This document shows positions 63,914-64,000 of a DNA stretch of 64,000 nucleotides, one piece after another; the first letter of the stretch is position 1; each line of letters opens with the position of its first letter. Under the pieces are notes generated by a model. It saw nothing but the letters and a program-made list of their open reading frames with translations. It did no database searches and was not told the DNA's origin. Origin of the DNA: Chiloscyllium plagiosum. Its lineage: Eukaryota. Position numbers and translations under genes: made by a program. The stretch covers positions 34,559,239-34,623,238 of the forward strand of contig NC_057718.1 of assembly GCF_004010195.1 (NCBI RefSeq), given 5' to 3'.

Positions 63914-64000
63914 GTTTGCAGATGACACTGAAATTGGAGGTGTAGTGGACAGCGAAGAAGGTTACCTCAGATTATAACAGGATCTTGATCAGATGGGCCT

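Larger units (their letters stand above)
63645..64000 (+). mobile_element. CR1 RT fragment running off the window end
   Basis: NDLDVSIRGIFSKFAD|DTEIGGVVDSEEGYLRL*QDLDQMG, split by an insertion. Confidence 0.92.

Noticed and set aside
63728..63928. Near-identical 63-66 aa ORFs on both strands
   Set aside because: A by-product of the perfect inverted repeat, not genes.

Overview
This is eukaryotic, repeat-dense DNA with no recognisable host protein-coding exon (intergenic or intronic). It is almost certainly from a cartilaginous fish: it has HE1-type SINEs, shark-type CR1 and L2 LINEs and DeuSINE relics. There is one 500-N scaffold gap. Most ORFs in the track are decayed CR1 fragments or chance ORFs. 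The main signal is about 20 short (80-230 bp) Penelope-derived elements from several subfamilies. Most carry a minimal type I hammerhead ribozyme (stem I-CUGANGA-A-stem II-GAAA-palindromic mini stem III-UH-stem I), and stems I and II covary between subfamilies. Many have 10-16 bp target-site duplications, and about half are folded back into long inverted repeats that leave a 32-40 nt unpaired tail. Their 5' truncation and inversion points cluster at the ribozyme. A 0.8 kb Penelope fragment with a GIY-YIG domain is contiguous with one such terminus and identifies the parent element. Also present are a MULE-like non-autonomous DNA transposon, Harbinger Myb/SANT relics and a few candidate regulatory stretches. 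All calls are by eye, and the ends of decayed repeats are approximate.
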